DNA of 57,734 nucleotides from Candidatus Nanoarchaeia archaeon (GTDB lineage: Archaea > Nanobdellota > Nanobdellia > Pacearchaeales > GW2011-AR1), in NCBI GenBank assembly GCA_035283785.1, contig DATETG010000015.1, positions 1 to 57,734 of the forward strand, written 5' to 3'. Both the position numbers and the translations under genes were made by a program. Below the pieces are notes generated by a model. The model did no database searches. It saw nothing but the letters and a program-made list of their open reading frames with translations, and had not been told where the DNA came from. Of this stretch, positions 52,617-57,734 are shown piece after piece. Every line of letters starts with the position of its first letter. The first letter of the stretch is position 1.

Positions 52617-52964
52617 ATGAAAGGTGTGATAAAATATGCCGTTATAAATTCATTGGGAACGGCGGCTTACATAGTGCTTGTCGTATCATTGATTTTTTTC
52701 TTTGGAAATAAATTTTCAGGAGGTGATGAAACAATACTCGCTCCTATTGTGATGCTTATGCTCTTTGTTTTTTCAGCCGCTTTCACGGGCACTTTGGTTC
52801 TTGGGCGTCCTATCGTTTGGTATTTGAACGGAAAAAAGCGGGAAGCTCTTTCGTTGCTGTTTTACACGCTTGGAGTTTTTTTAGCAATAACTTTAATTGC
52901 ATTTCTTTTTCTCATCATAATAATGTCGGGAAATGTCAATACGCTTCCTCTGGTAGATAATTAA
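52617..52964 (+). CDS. Small membrane protein, hypothetical
   Basis: ORF track; 115 aa; 4 hydrophobic helices. Confidence 0.45.
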   Translation: MKGVIKYAVINSLGTAAYIVLVVSLIFFFGNKFSGGDETILAPIVMLMLFVFSAAFTGTLVLGRPIVWYLNGKKREALSLLFYTLGVFLAITLIAFLFLIIIMSGNVNTLPLVDN

Positions 52965-53028
52965 TTGAGACCGAGATATGTTTAAACTTCATTACTCCTT
53001 AAGTTTGAGAGTTTTTAATTTTTAGAAA

Positions 53029-53238
53029 TCACGAACATCCAATCTTTAGCAATTTTCCACCAAGCGTCCACGCCACAACAACCGCAAGGGCGCTGAACCA
53101 CATCGGAAATACTTGATTTTCAATCATTACCTGCCAATCCATGATTATTCTTGCAAGATGAAGAACGCCCAAAACGACAAGAAGACCGCCTGCGACTATG
53201 ATATAATTTTTCTCACCACCTCTCTTTTTCATACTCAA
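53029..53238 (-). CDS. Small two-TM membrane protein, hypothetical
   Basis: ORF track; 69 aa. Confidence 0.4.
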   Translation of the reverse strand: MSMKKRGGEKNYIIVAGGLLVVLGVLHLARIIMDWQVMIENQVFPMWFSALAVVVAWTLGGKLLKIGCS

Positions 53239-53329
53239 GCAAGGAACTTGTTATTTTTAAATTTTTTTAATTTGCCGATTTCATTAATTATTCACAAAAA
53301 CTTAAAAAGTTTTGACTTTTAGATTAAAA

Positions 53330-54190
53330 ATGGTTTTTAGAGACATATTCATCGTTGTTGTCAGCATTTTTTTGATTTTATCATTAACCTTTACGTCAAT
53401 CGCATTAGGGCTGGAGATTTTTCTTTATCCGCAGGTTTACCACGAGGCATTTGAAGAAAGCAACGTTTTTGAAAAAATTTCCGAGTTCAAGGATGACATT
53501 CCCGGCGGAGAATTCGTGAAAATTCCAAACAATGATTTGCAAATTCTTGCCGAAGACCTGATTAATAATTCTCTTGATTATTTGAGGGGAGATGTTGATA
53601 AACTAAATCTGACCTTAAGCATTGACAGCGAGGAACTTTTATCGTTTTTTGAATCGCAGGCTGAAAAACTGCCCACTTGTGCCGAAGGAGTAACCTTTTC
53701 GATTGATGAAAATGTGTGTATTCCCGAGGGTGTTAACACGAGAGAGTTTGTCAAGGAATTTCTGGAAGAACAAAATGTCACGATACTTGACGAGGGTAAA
53801 GTTGATTTGAAAGAGATTTACGGTTTGGAAGAGGAGCAACTTGAAAAGGCAAGAACTTATGTTTCTTACTACAACTACACAAAATACGGATTGATATTGC
53901 TCAGCATGATTTTGCTCGGCATGATGTTTCTTGTTGCGAAAGATTCAAAGAGAGCATTCATATTTTCAGGAGTAAGTTTTTTTGTTTCAGGACTCATAAT
54001 TATTGGAGCAATGATGTTTGCCTCGAACCAGAATTTTTTGGTAATGATTAATCTTGCATTTCTTGCAGATTTTGTCAACGCTCTTGTAAATTCATTTATT
54101 TCAAAGGAGATGTTTTATGGAATTTTCCTTACTCTCACAGGAGCCATTTTATTTGGATTTTCGTTTTTTATTAAAAAGGAAAAATCATGA
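53330..54190 (+). CDS. Membrane protein with large extracytoplasmic loop, hypothetical
   Basis: First ATG at 53330. N-terminal TM, about 160 aa of acidic loop, and three C-terminal TM helices. Confidence 0.5.
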   Translation: MVFRDIFIVVVSIFLILSLTFTSIALGLEIFLYPQVYHEAFEESNVFEKISEFKDDIPGGEFVKIPNNDLQILAEDLINNSLDYLRGDVDKLNLTLSIDSEELLSFFESQAEKLPTCAEGVTFSIDENVCIPEGVNTREFVKEFLEEQNVTILDEGKVDLKEIYGLEEEQLEKARTYVSYYNYTKYGLILLSMILLGMMFLVAKDSKRAFIFSGVSFFVSGLIIIGAMMFASNQNFLVMINLAFLADFVNALVNSFISKEMFYGIFLTLTGAILFGFSFFIKKEKS

Positions 54191-54193
54191 TTT

Positions 54194-54577
54194 TTATACG
54201 GCCAACTCTGATTTTAAATGGCTAAAAAATTTCTCTGCATTTCTCAAATCTTCCTCTTTTGGCTTTTCAGACTTTTTTGGAGAAGCCAGTTTTCTCAATA
54301 CAACTTCTATGTTTTTTGCAACGACTTTTCTGCGTTTATCGGGAAAAATTGATTCTGCAGCATCTTTAATCACAGAGTAGACCTCTTTAATTTCGGAATC
54401 GACAAAAGAAGGAGAAGTTAATCTGTAAAGTTCCATCATGCGATATATGTTATTTAATCCTGTTGAATTATCAGGGCCTAATTCGGGATTTTGAATGCAT
54501 CTTAATGCAATTTCCGAAAGCAGATATGCATTGTTTTTGTTGATTTGTCCTCTTGTTGGCTTTTGGTAGAGTGTCAT
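54194..54577 (-). CDS. Hypothetical protein
   Basis: ORF track; 127 aa; no motif. Confidence 0.45.
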   Translation of the reverse strand: MTLYQKPTRGQINKNNAYLLSEIALRCIQNPELGPDNSTGLNNIYRMMELYRLTSPSFVDSEIKEVYSVIKDAAESIFPDKRRKVVAKNIEVVLRKLASPKKSEKPKEEDLRNAEKFFSHLKSELAV

Positions 54578-54642
54578 TTATTATTGAAATTTAATAAACA
54601 AAATAATTTAAAAACATTTATGTGATTCTTTTTTTGTTAGAA

Positions 54643-54722
54643 GCCCGCATCGCACAGTGGTAGTGCACAGGCCTGGAGTGCCTGGCCCTTTGGGCTCGCA
54701 GGTTCGATTCCTGCTGCGGGCG
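54643..54722 (+). tRNA. tRNA-Ser (anticodon GGA), class II, no intron
   Basis: Hand-folded. Acceptor GCCCGCA/UGCGGGC; D arm GCAC-AGUGGUA-GUGC; anticodon stem CAGGC/GCCUG; loop CUGGAGU; long variable arm GCCCUUUGGGCUC; T arm GCAGG-UUCGAUU-CCUGC; discriminator G; followed by TTTTTT. Confidence 0.85.
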
Positions 54723-54771
54723 TTTTTTGTGATTGAATTTGTGAAATCACATGTTAAAATTGCGAATCTGT

Positions 54772-54850
54772 GCAGGTTCGATTACTTTAAAATATACCTG
54801 TTTTTAAGTCGCCAAAAATTCTCCGAATTTTTTAGCGCCTGCTGCGGGCG
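54772..54850 (+). repeat. Partial second copy of the tRNA-Ser 3' region (T-arm 5' half + T loop, then T-arm 3' half + acceptor 3' strand) split by a 54-nt insert
   Basis: GCAGGTTCGATT (54772-54783) equals 54698-54709. CCTGCTGCGGGCG plus a T-run (54838-54855) equals 54710-54727. 54 unrelated nt (54784-54837) separate the two pieces. No matching 5' acceptor strand is nearby. Confidence 0.8.
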
Positions 54851-54943
54851 TTTTTGTTATTTGTAATCTTGAAAGAGATATTTCTCCCCGACAATTTTCA
54901 AAACAATTTTAAACCATTTTCTCTTTGTTTGCCGAGAGGTAAC

Positions 54944-56587
54944 ATGAACTCAATCTGGATAATCTTGGCCGTCGGAATCTGGTTTTTTCTTGGCTACAAA
55001 ATTTACGGAAGATTTATCGAAAAACAAATCAGGATAAATGATAAGAATAAAACTCCTGCAGTAACGAAAAAAGACAATGTTGATTTTTCTCCCTCAAAAC
55101 AGCCGTTTCTTATCGGACATCATTTTGCGTCAATCGCAGGGGCAGGACCAATAATAGGCCCGATTCTTGCAGTGAGTTATTTCGGATGGCTTCCTGTTGT
55201 TCTGTGGGTTGGCATAGGAAGTGTTCTCATAGGAGCCATGCATGATTTTACTTCGTTGATTGCTTCGGTAAGAAACAAAGGAGAAAGTGTCTCAAACATT
55301 GCAAAGAAGAATTTGGGCTCAAGGTCAGGAATAGTTTTTGCAGTAATGATTTTGATAACTCTTGCTTTGATAATAACTGTTTTTTCTGTAAGCGCGGCAG
55401 ACAGCATTGTCCACAAACCAGACCTCATAATTCCTTTGATTACTATTACTGTAGTTGCAATAATCCTCGGCATAGGGGTTGAGAAATTAAATTGGGATTA
55501 CAAAATCTCCTCGGTGATTGCGATAATCATAATCTTTTTTTCCGTATGGATTGGGATTAAATTTCCCCTGACTTTTAGTTTGGACGAGAATTTGTTAAGG
55601 AATATTTCAATAACAGCCATTCTGCTTTATGCAGGGGTGGCGTCTGTGGCTCCTGTTTGGAGTTTGTTAAGGCCACGAGATTATCTGAGCGCGATTCAGA
55701 TGTCGCTGATTTTGGTTTTGGGTATAATCGGAATACTTATTGTTCAACCGTCGATAAACGCTCCTTATTACATATCAAATCCCATTTTTCCACTTTGGCC
55801 AATTTTGTTCATAACAGTTGCGTGCGGTGCAATTTCAGGATTTCACGGGCTTGTTTCCAGCGGGACAACGAGCAAGCAACTTGCAAAAGAGTCTCACGGA
55901 AAAGCAATAGGTTACGGTGCAATGATTGGAGAAGCGACTTTGGCAATTTTGGTCACGGTCGTTGCAATTGCCGGCTTGAAGTGGGGCGCTTCCTTATCAG
56001 AACAGACATTTCAAACAGAACTGGGAAAAGGATGGATTGTTTTATTCTCTTCCGGTTATGGGAACATTGTCGGAGAAATAGGAATTCCTTTGATAACGGT
56101 TGGTGTAGCAGGATTGCTGGGAGCATTCATGGTGGATCAGTTTATTCTCACTTCAGTGGACACATCAACAAGATTAAGCAGATTCATAATTTCCGAGAGC
56201 TTGTTTTCAAAACTTAAAAACAAAAATATTCTTGTCACAATTTTGATTTTGATTCCTGTATGGCTTCTTGCGATTACTAATTCGTATGAAACTCTCTGGA
56301 GACTTTTCGGGACTTCAAATCAGTTGATTGCTTCGATAACGATGATTACTGTTGCATCATATTTTGTATCAAAAAAAATAAACGTGCAGTTCATTATTGT
56401 TCCTGCGATTTTCGTTTTAATCACTACAATGTCAGCTCTTCTTTATCTTACTTTTAGAGCAGGAGGATATTTTAGCGAGGGAAATTATTTTTTGGCGATA
56501 ATATCAATGATTATGTTCTTCTTGGGATTTATTGTGGCTAAGGAAGGACTTCAGAATTTAAGAAATATCAGAAAAAAACACATATAA
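54944..56587 (+). CDS. cstA: Carbon starvation protein A family peptide/pyruvate transporter (CstA)
   Basis: GHHFASIAGAGPIIGPILA signature and a polytopic layout. Start set at ATG 54944 (MNSIWIILAVG), because the track start at 54854 would run through the tRNA-fragment repeat. Confidence 0.85.
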   Translation: MNSIWIILAVGIWFFLGYKIYGRFIEKQIRINDKNKTPAVTKKDNVDFSPSKQPFLIGHHFASIAGAGPIIGPILAVSYFGWLPVVLWVGIGSVLIGAMHDFTSLIASVRNKGESVSNIAKKNLGSRSGIVFAVMILITLALIITVFSVSAADSIVHKPDLIIPLITITVVAIILGIGVEKLNWDYKISSVIAIIIIFFSVWIGIKFPLTFSLDENLLRNISITAILLYAGVASVAPVWSLLRPRDYLSAIQMSLILVLGIIGILIVQPSINAPYYISNPIFPLWPILFITVACGAISGFHGLVSSGTTSKQLAKESHGKAIGYGAMIGEATLAILVTVVAIAGLKWGASLSEQTFQTELGKGWIVLFSSGYGNIVGEIGIPLITVGVAGLLGAFMVDQFILTSVDTSTRLSRFIISESLFSKLKNKNILVTILILIPVWLLAITNSYETLWRLFGTSNQLIASITMITVASYFVSKKINVQFIIVPAIFVLITTMSALLYLTFRAGGYFSEGNYFLAIISMIMFFLGFIVAKEGLQNLRNIRKKHI

Positions 56588-56617
56588 TCTTTTAAACATC
56601 ATAACACTCAATTAATT

Positions 56618-57127
56618 ATGGACAGAAGGGGATTTTTTAGAGTTCTTTCAGCGATGGCAGCAATTCCATTTTTGGCAAATTCCTCAAGCGCAAAATCTAG
56701 CGAAAGAGATTATGTGGAACCTTTTGAAGGGTATAATGATTATATAAAAAAATTAACCGGACATCTTGAGGAAGATGTTTGTGTTCAGGATAATTTTGGA
56801 GTAATTGTTGGAGGATGTGGAATAACCGGGAAAGGAGACAGAAAAAAGATTACAGAATTAAAAAGGGTTTTAAGTGAAAATCAAGAATTGTTTCCCCACG
56901 AAATTTCATTTTCCGACGGTTTAACTTATAATCTCAAATTAGTTGCATCAATAACAAAATTGAGTGAGTTAGGATATAGCATAAGTAACGTAAGACCTGA
57001 AGCAGAAGCAGAAACTACTTTATACCTTAATGTACCTCGTCAAGAAGCTCATAATGAGGCAATGAGAAGACATCATAGATATACTGATGAACAAGAAAAA
57101 AGATTTGGTTCTCCCTGGACAGCTTAG
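56618..57127 (+). CDS. Exported hypothetical protein with twin-arginine-like signal
   Basis: MDRRGFFRVLSAMAAIPFLANSSSAKS: RR-x-FF, a hydrophobic core and an A-x-A-like cleavage site. Confidence 0.5.
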   Translation: MDRRGFFRVLSAMAAIPFLANSSSAKSSERDYVEPFEGYNDYIKKLTGHLEEDVCVQDNFGVIVGGCGITGKGDRKKITELKRVLSENQELFPHEISFSDGLTYNLKLVASITKLSELGYSISNVRPEAEAETTLYLNVPRQEAHNEAMRRHHRYTDEQEKRFGSPWTA

Positions 57128-57734
57128 CTATTTATCAACATCGCCTGTTTTTTTCCATTGCACATAATTTTTTTCCAAAATTCTTACAATTTCGCTTCTT
57201 TGCTCTGTTGTTCCGAGACCTTTCCAGTCCAAAATAGCGAAGTCAATTTTCTCATCTGTTTTGTTTAAAGATTCAAGAAGCATTTCCTCAGTGAACGGAA
57301 AGTTGTACTGTGCAATCACATGCGAAATTGCAACATTTGATTTTAACTGAATCTTGTTGAAGTTTGGGCAATAATGAGGTCCTCCCAAGGCAATTGCAAT
57401 TTCATTGTAAGGATTTTCTTCAAATCCTAAGATAGTGTCGTTGATTGTTTTCGCAACAATAAATCCTGCTTTCCGATTTTTCCATTCTTCTTCTGTTGGA
57501 CCTATCTCAATGAAAACGCTCGGCTTCGAAATCAAAGGCCCATGGTGCGTGGCTTCGAGGGTAATTTCATAATCCTTCAAATTAAAATTGTCGGCATTCA
57601 TCTTCAGATTTTCAAAAAGTTGCTTTTGGAAAATTGCAGAGGTTGGTGATATTTTTCCTGTCTCGCCACCAAAATCTGCCTTGCGAAGATTTCCAACCGA
57701 GTGAATTGTGAGTGCCTTTTGTCTATTTGGAGAT
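57128..57734 (-). CDS. dtdA: D-aminoacyl-tRNA deacylase, archaeal type (DtdA), N-terminus outside window
   Basis: EATHHGP and GGPHYCP motifs. The frame stays open upstream of the listed ATG (57601) to the window edge (...LTIHSVGNLRKADFGGETGKISP...), so the gene is most likely 5'-truncated by the window. Confidence 0.65.
   Translation of the reverse strand, partial: SPNRQKALTIHSVGNLRKADFGGETGKISPTSAIFQKQLFENLKMNADNFNLKDYEITLEATHHGPLISKPSVFIEIGPTEEEWKNRKAGFIVAKTINDTILGFEENPYNEIAIALGGPHYCPNFNKIQLKSNVAISHVIAQYNFPFTEEMLLESLNKTDEKIDFAILDWKGLGTTEQRSEIVRILEKNYVQWKKTGDVDK

Noticed and set aside
55657-56217. 186-aa ORF in an alternative frame inside cstA
   Set aside because: It is embedded in a confidently identified polytopic transporter gene. 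The Arg/Cys-rich composition is typical of an off-frame translation.
1-57734. Search by eye for CRISPR arrays, Cas genes, reverse transcriptase/DGR template-variable repeat pairs, transposases, integrases and restriction-modification genes
   Set aside because: I saw no regularly spaced direct repeats, no YxDD reverse transcriptase, and no DDE or tyrosine-recombinase motifs in any listed ORF. Without computational repeat detection, absence cannot be claimed with full certainty.

Overview
Visibly AT-rich, very gene-dense archaeal chromosome segment. I count about 75 credible protein genes (many separated by 1-4 nt gaps or overlaps) and three tRNA genes, two with long introns. I saw no rRNA, CRISPR array, transposase, integrase or reverse transcriptase. 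Archaeal identity rests on motif-level recognition of family-B DNA polymerase, RFC small and large subunits, FEN1, RadB, an NreA-like protein, TFS, RpoL/Rpo11, MBF1, uS10, a hidden eL41 gene, CDC48/VAT, archaeal-type D-aminoacyl-tRNA deacylase, TATA boxes about 20-30 nt upstream of start codons, and intron-containing tRNAs. A compact informational gene set mixed with many small orphan, membrane and exported proteins suggests a small-genome (DPANN-like) archaeon; that is inference only. Housekeeping or transport genes also recognised: split transketolase, seryl-tRNA synthetase, methionine aminopeptidase, type IA topoisomerase, NOL1/NOP2/Sun m5C methylase, Trm5-like methylase, ZIP and CPA2/Kef transporters, CstA, and a processive GT2 glycan synthase. 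Most interesting observations: (1) tandem paralogous repeat proteins (14276-16479) with duplicated promoters, internal module duplications and NUMOD3-like basic tails but no catalytic domain; (2) two of the three tRNA loci carry partial copies of their own termini (Lys 5' end, Ser T-arm and 3' end) separated by structured inserts; (3) an RFC operon with two translationally coupled orphan ORFs, followed by a HerA-like ATPase plus a Cys-rich mini-protein; (4) a divergent transketolase / B12-type radical SAM / Bat-type HTH cluster with matching palindromes; (5) an eL41 gene absent from the ORF track; (6) a FAM173-like membrane-anchored methyltransferase. All family calls come from reading motifs by eye; no database search or folding program was run. 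No single window-spanning novel system could be proven from sequence alone.
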